Assembly: GCA_030141605.1 (NCBI GenBank)
Contig: JAQGDQ010000433.1
Location: 124,001-188,000, forward strand
Source of the DNA: Tubiluchus corallicola
Lineage: Eukaryota > Animalia > Priapulida
Reading direction: 5' to 3'
DNA: 64,000 bases
This document shows positions 49,177 through 62,326 of the stretch, piece by piece. The notes beneath the pieces were generated by a model, which had not been told where the DNA came from, searched no databases, and worked only from the letters and a program-made list of their open reading frames with translations. The position numbers were made by a program, and so were the translations under genes. Position 1 is the stretch's first letter. Each line of letters begins with the position of its first letter.

Positions 49177-50940
49177 TTACACGTTTATTTCATTACACTC
49201 TTCGTCTTTGAACATGATTACCAGAGAACGGATCACTGGTCTATCAAGTTTCATCCTTTGCTTCTTCATTTTAGCTATGGCGCCTCTTAGCGTTAATTTA
49301 CCCCCAGATTTACTTTTATCTTTCCTTAGTGCATCTAGTATTTTATCATAGGGTAAGTCATACTGCTTTGCCCACTTGTACAAAAGGCCTCTTCCAGGAT
49401 TCTCTTTCACTGGTGAATGGAGCTGATAGTCACACAGCACTCCCCCATGCTTGATTTCGATATTTCGGCTACTCTGGATGTTGTTTTGCAACCTGCGGAA
49501 GGTCTTCTCGACGACAACGTTGGAAAGATCGAAGGTCTGCAGGCCACTAGTATCATTTCCCACAGCTCTGAGTAGCGTCATGGCGCCAGAAGGAGTGAGA
49601 GGATTCTGGCTCAGATTAAGCACCTGCATTGTTGAGTTTTTTGGAATGGCCCTAGCAAGATGTGGAACGCATACGTCAGAAATTCTATTGCTGCTTAAGT
49701 TTAAATTCGTTACTGCTGTGTTCGTCCGGATTACATCGCCTACGACTTTAGCGCACTCTTTCCCCAAACCATTCCACGACAAGTCCACATCTCTTAGCTG
49801 GACATTGTTTTTTATTCCTGTGCAGATTGCTACGCCACCTTTTCGACGGAAGTGACACCACGATAAATTAATTTCCTCTATCGAATCGTTTTCGGTTAGC
49901 GCGGGCCCAAGAATAATGCCACCCTTTTCACAAAATTCGTTATGACTGATGTCTATATTCCGTAGCAGTGATGCATTAACGATAGCTGCTGCCACGTATT
50001 CGGCATCGCTATCTTTAAACATATTTCCAGATATATTCAATTTTCTAATGGAGCTGTTTGCTGTCATCATATCTCTTATTGCTACAGCACCTTGAGTACA
50101 CAGCTGGTTGTTGGCGATGTTTAACTCGGCTATGAAGCAATTTTCCTTCATCATGTTGCATATGTAAGATGCACCGTCACCACATATCCTGTTGTCTTCC
50201 AGATCCAGCTTGGTCAAAGTCGTATTAACCATTAGCGGTCGAGAGAGGGCTTTTACGCCTAGTGGTCCCAAACCGTGATGTCTCATTCTGAATTCTTCAT
50301 CCGTAATGTGCCGGATATAGTAGCTATTGGGTATCAATCCAAGGTAATTGCAAGCATCACGGTATAGTTTAACAAGCTTTGCATGGTACTGATTATCATC
50401 TTCCTCTTCCTCACTTTGCTCGTCGCTATCTGAATCTATCAAATGAAGCTTCACATCGGAAAGACTTACTAGTTTATTATCTCCTTTAGCTATCCATTGT
50501 TTTTGCAATATTTCCTGGGCGAAGTTCTTTTCATCTTTGCTCACACCTTCTGTTTGTTTTTCTTCAAGATCAATATCTAGGCTACTTTTCACTTCCTCGT
50601 CTTCTGGAGCAATGTCTGTCTTGGTATCCTCTTCTTGAAAAAATGGTAAACTGTTGTCATCATCAGATGAAATCTTTTTTACTACTTGATTAATTTCTTG
50701 TTGTGGAATTTTACTGTCGGAATCGTTATCGTTCTCTGCTATAGCATCGCTTTTCTTACCTAACGAATCAGAAATTCCATTATTATCATCTTTACCTTTT
50801 GCGGCATTGTCTTTGAATTCTGTACTGAAACTGGTACTGTTAGGATCACTGAATTCACCATCTTCAATTTGCTTTACATTTTCAGTTGTACATGAGTTAA
50901 CTTCCGTTGTGTCTAAGGTATCTGATGTACTATTGTCCAT
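49177..50940 (-). CDS. LRRC74: LRRC74A/B-like leucine-rich repeat protein (587 aa, intronless CDS), nested in a RhoGAP intron
   Basis: Uninterrupted ORF with an acidic N-terminus, then LYRDACNYLGLIPNSYYIR...MRHHGLGPLGVKALSRPLMVNTTLTKLDLEDN typical of LRRC74, about nine 28-residue RI-like LRRs (NLSWCHFRRKG, DLSWNGLG, NLSSNRI, NLSQNPL), and a degenerate EF-hand-like C-terminus. Confidence 0.88.
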   Translation of the reverse strand: MDNSTSDTLDTTEVNSCTTENVKQIEDGEFSDPNSTSFSTEFKDNAAKGKDDNNGISDSLGKKSDAIAENDNDSDSKIPQQEINQVVKKISSDDDNSLPFFQEEDTKTDIAPEDEEVKSSLDIDLEEKQTEGVSKDEKNFAQEILQKQWIAKGDNKLVSLSDVKLHLIDSDSDEQSEEEEDDNQYHAKLVKLYRDACNYLGLIPNSYYIRHITDEEFRMRHHGLGPLGVKALSRPLMVNTTLTKLDLEDNRICGDGASYICNMMKENCFIAELNIANNQLCTQGAVAIRDMMTANSSIRKLNISGNMFKDSDAEYVAAAIVNASLLRNIDISHNEFCEKGGIILGPALTENDSIEEINLSWCHFRRKGGVAICTGIKNNVQLRDVDLSWNGLGKECAKVVGDVIRTNTAVTNLNLSSNRISDVCVPHLARAIPKNSTMQVLNLSQNPLTPSGAMTLLRAVGNDTSGLQTFDLSNVVVEKTFRRLQNNIQSSRNIEIKHGGVLCDYQLHSPVKENPGRGLLYKWAKQYDLPYDKILDALRKDKSKSGGKLTLRGAIAKMKKQRMKLDRPVIRSLVIMFKDEECNEINV

Positions 50941-51014
50941 TTTACTGATGCTCAGCTGCCTTTTTACGACTTTTTGTAAGAATGAAATTAATGAAATACC
51001 AGAAGTGCTGGAAG

Positions 51015-51028
51015 GTTGCTATAGCAAC
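51015..51028. promoter_or_regulatory. RFX X-box, perfect palindrome GTTGCTATAGCAAC
   Basis: 14-bp palindrome matching the RFX consensus, 75 bp upstream of the LRRC74-like ATG, with an adjacent CRE/AP-1-like TGCGTCA at 51031..51037. Confidence 0.65.
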
Positions 51029-51351
51029 AATGCGTCATCTATTACAAAGCGTCAAACATTATATAACTACTGTAAAAGCGCTTTAGTCTCACATTATGTA
51101 GCTTGTCTTTCATATGGGAATTCTTAAGTTCTGCTTGCAGTAACAGAAGCTGAATTAGGAAGATTACAAAGGCTGAAAAATCAACTTAATGAAAAAACTG
51201 GAATTTCATTCGTGAACTGCTAAATTACGTTTCTAACTTCAAAGGAATTGTTATTAACATCATTTATTTTTGAACACACATGTACTGTTAAGTCACATAA
51301 GTGGTTCAATTAAACGAAATTAGCAAATGTAAAAATAAATATTAAATACTG

Positions 51352-51488
51352 ACAACAATAACAACAACAAGAGCAGCAGCAACAGCAACAACAGTAGCAA
51401 CAACAGCAGCAACAGCAGCAGCAACAGCAACAGCAGCAGATGCAGCAGCAACAACAACAACAGTAGCAGCAACAGCAACAACAACAAA
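51352..51488. repeat. (CAA)n/(CAG)n microsatellite
   Basis: Visible directly. Confidence 0.92.
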
Positions 51489-52077
51489 GACACGGTTATT
51501 GTTTACATACAATAAGACAAAGCAATTAATTTACTAAGACGCCACACGCTTTAACATTTCTCTCAATTGATACTTTGATAAAAAATTAAAATTCCTCTTT
51601 TCTATACAACTTATACAATATTTTGCTAAATTTATTGTCGCTAGCTGCCTGGAACTTACCTCGTATCTTTTCACAATTTCACAAGATAATGTATGAAAAT
51701 TTCTAAATACATCTTCTAGAGTAACATTATTTTCTATAACAATTTTATACAAGTTGAAACCCATTATTGAGGTTTACGTCATACGACGTATGTTTGGCTA
51801 TAAAGTTAATTATCGAGTTACGACTATTTTTACACGCTACATAGAATTTAAGAAACCGTTTTGCAAAGTGCTTACACGACTGAATGGTACCAGCAATATC
51901 TACATATCTACGTTTGTATGCAACTAAGTTAAGACGATTACAAAGGCTGAAAAATTATTGAAAAAAGTGCAAATTTCTTTCACAACTGGAACTTACGTTT
52001 TTAAGTTTAAGGAAATTATCTTTAATGTATGAAAATACCTTAACGTTTAATTAAACAAACATAATGGGACGAGTACT

Positions 52078-52660
52078 TTTATTTGTTTATTTTTATTTTA
52101 TTTCGTAATCTTCACAGTACAATAGATGAGTAACCGGGCAGTCGAAAAGTGAAATGAAATAATAAAGGAATACTACAAAAAGAGTGCAAATTAAAACAAA
52201 GTGATGATAATAACATATGTAGAAGATTACGGTAAAAACACAAAGAACTCGAAATAGCTGCTTACAAGTGTCTGTTAAAAAGTAAAAATTTGCTAAAATC
52301 AACATGACATAACAATTTTTTAAATACTTTTCTGTTGCCAGCATTTACAGTTGGAACATCATTCACATGTGATGGTAGTTTATTCCATAAACTTACAACT
52401 CTGTTGCTGAAGAAATGTTTAAAGCTGTTAAGTGAGCTTTTTATCACTTATAATTTCATATGTGGCCCCTTGTAATATTTGCAAGTGGTGCAAAGTTAAA
52501 AACAGATTCACTCGAGATTGATATGTCACCATGAATTATGTTATAACACGTAGTTAGATCATTATAAAGGCGTCTTAATTCTAGGAGTTCCAATTTAAGT
52601 ATTGATAATCTATTTGGATATGACGTAGAGTGCAACCAGGAGTTCATGTTGTTCTCTCTC
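52078..52660 (-). mobile_element. CR1-like LINE, 5'-truncated 3' end
   Basis: Encodes SYPNRLSILKLELLELRRLYNDLTTCYNIIHG...TRGH and FKHFFSNRVVSLWNKLP, followed by a 3' UTR and an (AAAT)n-like tail. Confidence 0.82.
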
Positions 52661-52760
52661 ATCCAATCTGCCTCCTTTTTGCATTAAAAATGTGATTAAT
52701 TAATATCTTAAAACCAAGTTTTACAACGATGAGAGCAATGGCAATAAACAAGTTGCCACA

Positions 52761-52889
52761 AATGTAATGTAATGTAATGTAATGTAATGTAATGTAATGT
52801 AATGTAATGCAATGTAATGTAATGTAATGTAATGTAATGTAATGTAATGTAATGTAATGTAATGTAATGTAATGTAATGTAATGTAATG
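52761..52889. repeat. (AATGT)n microsatellite
   Basis: Visible directly. Confidence 0.97.
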
Positions 52890-54192
52890 AAATGTAACAT
52901 TTGTTTACATATTGCACTACATCATTTAAACTCTCCGCACGCTGAACAATAAAATACATTTAAAATCCATAAGGAACCCAAAATTTAAAAGACATTAAAT
53001 AATTCATCATAAAATGTATGATTTAAACAAACGTGTTTTAAGATGTTGTTTAAAACACTCTAATGAATTTGTAGAAAGTATAGCAATAGGTAAGTTATTC
53101 CCGAGACGTGGAGCACAGACAGAGAAAAGCTTTTTCACCATAGAATATTAGGAATTGGCTGATGTAAATGAATTTGTTCATTAGCATTAGAACAAAGTGT
53201 TCGGCCTATGTTGTTAAAAGATCAGTAAAGTATGCAGGTGCTAAATTAGGATAAATTAATTTCTTTCGTAATTATTCTTTCATTTTAGCTTCGACGACTT
53301 CGGGCTGTTTGTTCCTTTTTACAAAACAAAACGCTTTCGTGTAGCTTTTGAAAGGCAAGTTGACGATTTTCCAGGAAGCCAGCTAACACGGGTAATTTTG
53401 CGACAGCAGAGGCAAATTCACGCATAACTATCATCGTCTTAGAACTGTGAATTTATTGTGTAGGCATGGGAATAATAAAATTGATTCAAAACACTGGCAG
53501 CATCTCTTGCAAGAGAGTTTTTGAAAGAATTTTATGTGTCATAGATTTTTGACGCCTGTTTCACTACAACAAACAATAATAAATAAGTAAGTTAACGTTA
53601 CCGTGTTTCTTAACGACTTTTAATACTGTCATTGTCTTCATGTGAGAGGCTTTTATATAGGCTCCTTTTTGTACAACTGTTAGCCCATCACCTAGTATCG
53701 TTATAAGATTTCATCTGTTCCAGGTATCGACTAAATTGTTATCTGCTTATTAATACCCCTTTGTATGTTATTATGTTAAAATAATTTTACTACCATTGCT
53801 GTGTATTTTGCGCTATACTTTAGCAAAATTTCTTAACTAATATTTGTGTCGTTTGCAACATTGCGCGTTACACCTATCGTTATTGTAAATGTACATGTAA
53901 TTTTGTTGGTCGTAATGACAATAAAAATACTACTACTATATATGTATGTACGTACGTGCGTGCGTGCGTGCGTGCATGTGTGTGTGTGTGTGTATGTATG
54001 TATTGTTCTAACTCTTTTTGTGTACTAATAAATACAGTTTAAACCTAATAAGTTAAAGTGTAAAAAGGGAAGAAATAGGCAATTTGAAAGTATTTTCCAA
54101 AAAATTTTCCGTTCAAAGTTATATTCCTTTGCATTAGCTTTACCTGTTTGCAAGACATGAAAAACTATAAAAGAAAATTCTTAGGAATTTAA

Positions 54193-54699
54193 AGCAAAAC
54201 CGAACCCAATCATAAACTGTAGGTCAAAACAATCTACCCTTTAAAATAATGAAAGGAAACATATTATTTTTTTCAAAAATGACTTACGTGAAATAATTAT
54301 TACCACACAAACACAATTTCACATTCGCGCCACTAGTTCTTCACTGTTACATGCATTTCGCCATTTGCTAGTTAGACGGACACTAGCGCCTTTGAAATGT
54401 GAATTTTTATCTCAAAACTTGCCGAGTTTTATTATAACACACTGAATCTCTAAAAGAACTACTGTATTTCAATTTTCCTCTTTCGCAAACACGTGCAACA
54501 CGCTCGTGGAATATTTTTGCTGTTGAAAATTATGTTAGTTTGTTATGTCACCAATAGTTGGGCTCGTCTGTCGTTAATTAAGATGTTAATCTATCATTTA
54601 ATTATCAGAAGCACTTTTTCAATATTGTTCGTGTTAAAATGTATACTTTCAACCGTACTTGAAAATGGAACAGAATATGAAAAATCATCGTGTTTTCCT
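54193..54699 (+). mobile_element. Kolobok-like K1 copy with both ends (internal deletion)
   Basis: TTAA|AGCAAAACCGAACCCAATC ... AATCATCGTGTTTTCCT|TTAA. Confidence 0.82.
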
Positions 54700-55340
54700 T
54701 TAAATGGACAGATTAAACAAAATTTATTCTACTGTTTTTGTGGATCTTCATTACATTGCCCGCAGATGGTTACACAAATTACATCGTGCATATTACTAGG
54801 AAGCAACCTGGGAATATTCCTGTATAAACTGTAGAACTTTGAAGCATCTATGATGCGGGATTATTTGCTGCTATTAGACCTATAAGATTGATGAAATACA
54901 CAGCTTCTTGTGCAGAAACCGTTGAATTACCTTGGGATGACGACACAGCTAATGCCTGATATATTGATTTGGTTTTATACTATATGCTGCACCACTAATT
55001 ACAAAGTGACATCAAGCATGGGGGGGGGGGGGTGAAATTAACTACATCTGTTTCCACAAGCCGTCCAGCAGCGAGCTATATAGCTATTCTGTAATCCTAT
55101 TTTTTGTGCAGATTATAGAGGAGGAGAGCTATTTGCCCAGTGCTGAAAGGAGGAAACGTACTAAAATAACTTAGCAGAGGTTCTAATGGGGTACTCGATT
55201 GCCTTTATACCTCCGAGCTTTTAAGGAACTGGTCATCTAAACTTGACTAAGTTTAAGAGGATAAGAAGTGGACCAACTTTTGACTAAGTTTAAGAGGATA
55301 AGGAGTGGACCAACTTTAGTGGATAAGGCGGTAACATTAA

Positions 55341-56200
55341 AGCAAAACCGAACCCAATCTTATAATGTAGGTGAAAACAATCTACTCTTTAAAATATTGA
55401 AAGGAAACGTACTATTTTTTTTTCAAAAAATACCTTACGTGAAAGAATTGTTGCCACACAATAAAATATGTAATGATATTTTATTTGCCATAAAATTGAT
55501 TACAATAAAATCATAATCCTCAGTGTTAAAACTGTTTCATAATTGTTAAGAAACTGCTTAAGGCAAATGCGTAACAAACACAGTTTTGCGTTGGCGCCAC
55601 TAGCTCTTCGCTGTTAGATGCATTACGCTATTCGCTAGTTAGACAGGCACTAGCCCCTGCATTTTAAACAAATTATCAAAACTATCTAACCTAGAATGAC
55701 TTACGTGAACGAATTGTTACTGCAGAAATCTTATTTCGCCATGTTACATGCGTTCGTCCATTCGCTAGTTAGACGGGCACTGGTACGTACATCTCGGAAA
55801 CGCATTGCATAAAAACAGGTGCTGTAGCTCTCAGTTCCAAAGTGTTAGTTTGTGATGAACTACACACGTTCGATAGCTCTAACGTGAGCACAGCGGCAAA
55901 TTTGAAATTTGAATTTTTATCTAAAAACTTGCGTAGTTTTAGTACAACACACTTAATGTCTTAGAGTAGCACTGTACTTCAATTTTCGCTTTCACAAACA
56001 CGTGCAACACGCTTTTGGAATATTTTTGTTGTTGAAAATTATGCTAGTTTGTGATGTCATCAATAGTTAGGCTCGCCTGCCGTTAATTAAGTTTTTAGCC
56101 TACTATTAATTATCATTTTGCAGTATTAACTGTGTTAAAATGTTTACTTTTAACTGTGCTTGAAAGTGGGGTAGTACATGAAAAATCATCCTGTCTTCCT
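55341..56200 (+). mobile_element. Kolobok-like K1 copy with internal insertion and partial duplication
   Basis: TTAA|AGCAAAACCGAACCCAATC ... AATCATCCTGTCTTCCT|ATAA; the ATTCGCTAGTTAGAC segment occurs twice. Confidence 0.72.
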
Positions 56201-56739
56201 ATAAGTAAGCGATTAAAAGGCAGAAAGTACTTGCAATTTGAAAACTGCATGTGACTTATTGTGTGAGGTCTCGAATCCCCAAAAAATCGGTCGTAACTGG
56301 AAAATTAAAGAGAATGGGCTATCAAACTTGCAACAATATAACGCTTAATAATAATAATAATAATAATAATAATTTCAGTTTGAGTTACTAATTAGTATAG
56401 ATGAAGAATAGTGAAATGACAGGTAGTCAGAGTCCTTGGATCGAACGCTTAAGGTCATGGGTCAAATATGTACAATTAAAACTGAAAGGTGGGTTGCCAA
56501 TCTTTTGTAACTTCTGGTGAGAAATTGGCTTCCGAAAAACCCTTAGAGCAAACTTAGGTACATTATCATTGTCTCCTCCTGCTCATAAATGATAAACGCG
56601 TAGTCGGTTTTAATAATGAATGAACTCGTGTTTCTGTGATGAGTTGTGTATTTTTAGATCATTACGTACGTGTGCAGCAGAGGTTAGCAGGTATTTCTGG
56701 GATGTGGGGCAACTTCGTGTGCATGCAAACATCAAATGG

Positions 56740-57085
56740 TTTTACGAGGCTTCTTCTTCAAGGCTTCATTTCCATCTATTGTAGGCACTGAGGTATCAAC
56801 TTTCATCAGAGTATTCCATCCACTTCTATCTGCAGCTAACAGTGTAAGTTCTTCTACTCATAAAGATAGATTCGGTTGAAGTTGTTGAACATCTCTATTT
56901 ATCTTAGCTATTCAAGTTGTTTTTGGTTTGCCAGGTGTTTTTTTTGCAAGGTTTTAAGGCTTCTTTTAAGGCTATTCTTACTGGTGCTTCACTTGGTAAT
57001 CTTAGAAGATGTCCTAGCCATCTTAATCTTCGGATCTTGACTTTTGAACTTCAAGAAGTTTCTTTTATTCTGGTGTAATTAATTC
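56740..57085 (-). mobile_element. Decayed RTE-group LINE C-terminal fragment
   Basis: The minus strand translates as KVKIRRLRWLGHLLRLPSEAPVRIALKEALKPCKKTPGKPKTT*, with in-frame stops. Confidence 0.62.
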
Positions 57086-58370
57086 ATTTTTGATTAAAAT
57101 TAGTTAAAACGCACCAATGCTACAGGTATTACGGGTAAACTTAGAACGTTCAATTCGATTCGAACGAGTTTTTTTATTTGAACTGTATTCGAGCCTAAAA
57201 TTACGTTTAAACTAGCAATGGAGAAAAATGGGTTAGTATGTCTTTCCTCACGGTGAATCTGTTCTGGTAACGAAAGAATGTCTGATTCTGGTCATTCCGA
57301 ATGTGGGTAATTGAAGCCAACTTGGGCATTTAAAGCCACAATTTCTGCTGCACCTCTAGATTAAGAGGTACATCTCCTGTGTGTCTTGAATTCACCACTT
57401 CAACTCCACATACGTTCTTTATCATTAATTTGTTAGAAACAACATACAATCATCAAAATTCAGGTGGGATTTCTGTGCACAATTCTAAAGCAAATATTAG
57501 TGCTTTTACTGCAGAACAAAATCAAGTAATATGCACGATCTTTACGGCACTGCTTTTTACAAGTAATTCGAAAATTCGTTCGAAAATCTTTAAAGCTCAA
57601 TTCAAATTCGATTCTGATTCGATTGTTGAAGTTCGGTTTTAGCTCGAGTCGCGGAAGTAAAAAATTCGATTCGAGTCGAATTCGGGTTCTGATAAATGAT
57701 GCTCACGCCTGCAACTGATTTTAATTGTTTATGAGTTAAATGGATAATGTGATAAACTTTTCTGGTATCATGAGACCGATGTTCTATATAAAAAAAGCAA
57801 AAAACTTTTTATAGGCCCTTTCAAATATGACAAAAGTTTCGTAAAAAGATAAAAGCTCTTTTCTAACTTAGAGGTTTCTTTCGGCTAAGCTTTTAATAAC
57901 AGCTTCTAATGTAACAAAGTATCTTATCCTCACACAGTAAATTAGTCCATTTATAAATCAGTATACATGCGTCTCTTTCATTGTCACATTTATGCAGCTA
58001 CACAGAAAGCTGACAGGTTTAATACCTAGCGGTGGATAAGATTAATGGACGCAGTTCATTATGCAATAATAACGCATCATCAGGTGTACAATTCCCACCT
58101 GTGCAGGCAGACATTCAATATTCAACAGACATACTGGCTTCATTGATTTCGTGAAAGCTTCTATTAAAGAATTCAGCGTCATCATGCGGTTTTATAAAAA
58201 TCGGAAATCGCAATTCATCATATGCATCTGCGTTAGGCAAACATTCTGTTTTTCTGAACATCAAACAAATTTACTAAGCTGTAAGATGTATCACGCGTGA
58301 ACTTCTAATATTTGGATTTAACGTCAAATTTTGTTTGTTGAGAGTATTTGAGTTGAACTGCCGCACAAAG

Positions 58371-58500
58371 AATGACCAGAATCATACATGTGTGATGACC
58401 AGAATCGTACATGTGTGATGACCAGAATCGTACATGTGTGATGACCAGAATCGTACATGTATGATGACCAGAATCATACATGTGTGAATCATACATGTGT
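58371..58500. repeat. 23-bp minisatellite, about 5 copies (ATGACCAGAATCGTACATGTGTG)
   Basis: Period measured from 58372 and 58395. Confidence 0.92.
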
Positions 58501-59353
58501 GAAATTTCTCTTTCGTTACCAGAACATGTTTATCACGAGGAAAGAGAAACTGACCGATTTCTGTCCATTGCTAGTTTAGACATAATTATAGGTTCGAATA
58601 GGATTCGAATTAAAAAACTCGTTCGAATCGAATTCGAACGTTCAAAGGTACCCCTAATCAATAGCATTAGTACATTTAAACTAGTAAAATTATTTGCTGT
58701 TTGCAGCTTGCACACGATAGATGCAAAGGACGACTTTCTGACTAGTTTAATGTAAAACTTTATAAATAATTTTGACAAAATAAGAAGGCCAAATTGTTGT
58801 TCTAATATAGATATTATGTGTAACTTATAATTAGGTGGGCCTATATTCAACCATAGCTATTCGCATGCGCAATTATAGCTATAAATAATTCTATTTGTAT
58901 ATACTTATATATACATGATTCCTATATGTTTATATATTATGGAGGAAATTTCAGTACTAAAAGTTACCCCACATCCTACAAATACTTGCTAACCTCTGCT
59001 GCACATGTACGTAATGATCTAAAAATAATGTTCATCACAGAAACACAAGTTCGTTAATTATTAAAAGCGACTTCGCGTTTATCGTTTATGAGCAGAACTT
59101 CAGTCTTGAAGACGCGCCATTATTAGAACAGTAGAGCTGTCCGCGAGCGGCAGTGTGCTGTATTGTATTTACCCTAGCCATGAGGATTTAACGAATAGCA
59201 GTACTGATGACTCGAGTGACTGATATTGAATTGACATTAGATGTGTAATTTACCAGAAGGCGAGAGCAATACACTTTACCTGTTACACAGACGCTAATGA
59301 GACTTCTTTCACAAGTTCCTTTGCTTTTTCAAAAGAACCTTTCCATTTTAACA

Positions 59354-59893
<540 letters not shown>

Positions 59894-60609
59894 AAATTGC
59901 TATTCATAATTGACATTGTGTATATAAACTAAGTGAACATTGCTGAGTATGTAACTGCTGCATGCTGGAATGAGGTACTGATACGAATTGTAAAAGAGCT
60001 TTGATATAAACCATATCTGTCATGGAAAACAAAGTCAGAGTCAATGGTCAGGACGCACAGAGTGGATTTTCGCGCCCAATTTGGGGCTTTGACAAAATGT
60101 ATTTCTCCTAAACACGATTCTAGTGGCTCTGATCGTCTTTTTGTATTCTCAAGAAGAATGACGCTAAATGTGAAGTAAGTTTCACAGGAAACTCAGAAAC
60201 ACTCTTTAATCGGTGTTTAAATCAAGAAGCTGTGTATAATTTAGATAGTTATATACACATAAACTTGCAGCAGATTTCACAATATAAACTACAGTTTCCA
60301 GTATTAGTTGCGCCTGTATTAGTCTCTACTATTAATAATCTTTCTGCTAAATAACAAATTTCCTAGAGACTTCGTTGCTCTCAATAACTGTTATAATAGA
60401 CAAGCTCCAAATTTAAATCCTACGTTTCCTGAAACTAAGTCGTAAAAACGTCTTTGTTCAAATATTCCAGAGCCCCAGTTTCGCTGCGAGACCTCATCAC
60501 GGGAAGCCATTGGCATAGCAATGTCTAGTTTTTGAGGTGGATCACTGCTGCCATTGGGGGCAGATTCTTTTATTTAGAGTTTTGCCTGCTAATGTCTACA
60601 ATAGACGTA

Positions 60610-60768
60610 ATGATGATGGCGATGATGATGATGATGAGGAGGAGGAGGAGGAGGAGGGAGAGGAGGGGAGGAGGGAGAGGAGGGGAGGAGGAGGAGGATT
60701 AGGAGGAGGAGGGGAGGAGGATGGTGGTGGTGATAATGATGATAATGATGATGACGGTGATGATGGTG
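60610..60768. repeat. (GAT)n/(GAG)n low-complexity tract
   Basis: Visible directly. Confidence 0.9.
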
Positions 60769-61971
60769 ACTTTGTGTTTGTCTTTGACATCGGAACGCGA
60801 GACACATTAGGACTTCATTTCAGGGGATTCAGCGGATGAATGAATAGATGGCGCTCAAGTTCCACTAGAGTTTTGACGAGGCATTCGTCGAGGGAGTAAT
60901 TGGCAGCATTCGGACAAAGCTAAAGTACGTGAGTCGACCGACAATAGCTGATTAATTTCTATAAACCAGCAGCAATGAAAAATGAAAGCAATTTTCTGCG
61001 AGTATCATTAGTAACACAGAGAATAACAAAGGGTGTTATCATAAAAAATTACTTCTGCTCCACACGCAATGTGCAGCTATGCACGCGCGCATGCGCAGAA
61101 TGCATACACACAAATTTGTTGCAAGAGTTTCGATAATCGAGTAATTCTCCAATCCAAATCATTGTGCGGCCATTTTAACTGCTATATAAAGGTGATGCAT
61201 ATTGCTACTCACTGTGACATTTTCTTTTTACATAATTTGACAGCCTGCAAACCTAATGCAGCACTCATCAATAGTACGGCTCATGAAACGTCTCAGAAAC
61301 AATTTTCCAAGCAGTCTGCCTACTCATTTGTTAACCAGGCACAGTGTTACTTAACTTTGATTGCTAATCTCACACCTCCATTACTCAGCTATTCCACTCA
61401 CTCCAAATTACGTTGTTTTTTCGGTCACGTCACATTTTCCATTTAATCTTTGCACAACTCACGTTTGCGCTATAATAGGCTTACCTTTATACAACAGAGC
61501 TGGTTTAAACACTAATATTTTGCACATGATTTTATGTAAAACTTTACTTATAAATGAAATTCGAATGAAAGTGGCTTCCGGTATGTAAAAATTTATAATT
61601 TAACTCAGTCAAAAGCGCTTACTATGTTGATAAAATCTATGGATGTTTAATGTCTGTATTTGTAGTAGAGACTTTAAAAGACAAAAAACTCTCTTGAGAA
61701 AAGCTTAAAAATAAAGCTTTAAAAATCTCATTGAAATTTCATATCACTCACACACTCTGTTATTGCATACAGAGCTTGTATTAACAGTAATGCTGTATAA
61801 AATTTGTAAATTTAAACCCCAGCGATGACCGTTAGGCGCAGCCATTTTAACAGTAAGTCGTTTGAAACAAGTTTAGATAATATTGCATAAAGTTTGAAAA
61901 GACATTCATAATGCAGTACACCCTTCGCTAATTAGGCAAAAGTTTAAATTACTATAACTTGTCGATAAGAT

Positions 61972-62006
61972 CTGTTTGTCTACCTGTCTATTTGTCTGTC
62001 TGTCTA

Positions 62007-62094
<88 letters not shown>
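61972..62094. repeat. (TCTG)n microsatellite
   Basis: Visible directly; a shorter run lies at 62255..62327. Confidence 0.95.
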
Positions 62095-62096
<2 letters not shown>

Positions 62097-62295
62097 ATTG
62101 GTGAAACTTACTGTTAACTGTGCAATTGTTGTATATATCTCAGTTTATTAATTTACTGCGTTAATGTGTGTGTGTGTGTTTTTGTTTCTTGTTGTAAATA
62201 TGTGAACCGTTGAACCTTTGGTTTGAAATGAAAAGTTAAATAAAAAAACAATCAATCTGCCTGCCTGCCTGCCTCTATGTGTGTCTGTTTATCTA

Positions 62296-62326
<31 letters not shown>

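Larger units (their letters stand above)
56579..59095. repeat. Nested inverted repeat pairs (A 56579..56715 / A' 58961..59095; B 57101..57297 / B' 58370..58683)
   Basis: The arms are recognisable diverged reverse complements, for example TTAGATCATTACGTACGTGTGCAGCAGAGGTTAGCA versus TGCTAACCTCTGCTGCACATGTACGTAATGATCTAA. Confidence 0.8.

Noticed and set aside
55243-55317. Small tandem duplications (about 38 bp here, 18 bp at 62717..62753)
   Set aside because: Ordinary intronic slippage duplications with no apparent consequence.
59280-59350. Possible extra RhoGAP exon ending at the donor CAG|GTAAAG
   Set aside because: The phase-1 frame needed for the next exon has an upstream TGA and no ATG after it; at most a non-coding exon, which the sequence alone cannot support.
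60462-60510. Minus-strand GTGATGAGGTCTCGCAGCGAAACTGGGGCTC resembling a hammerhead
   Set aside because: The conserved C3 is missing and stem II is very weak; most likely chance.
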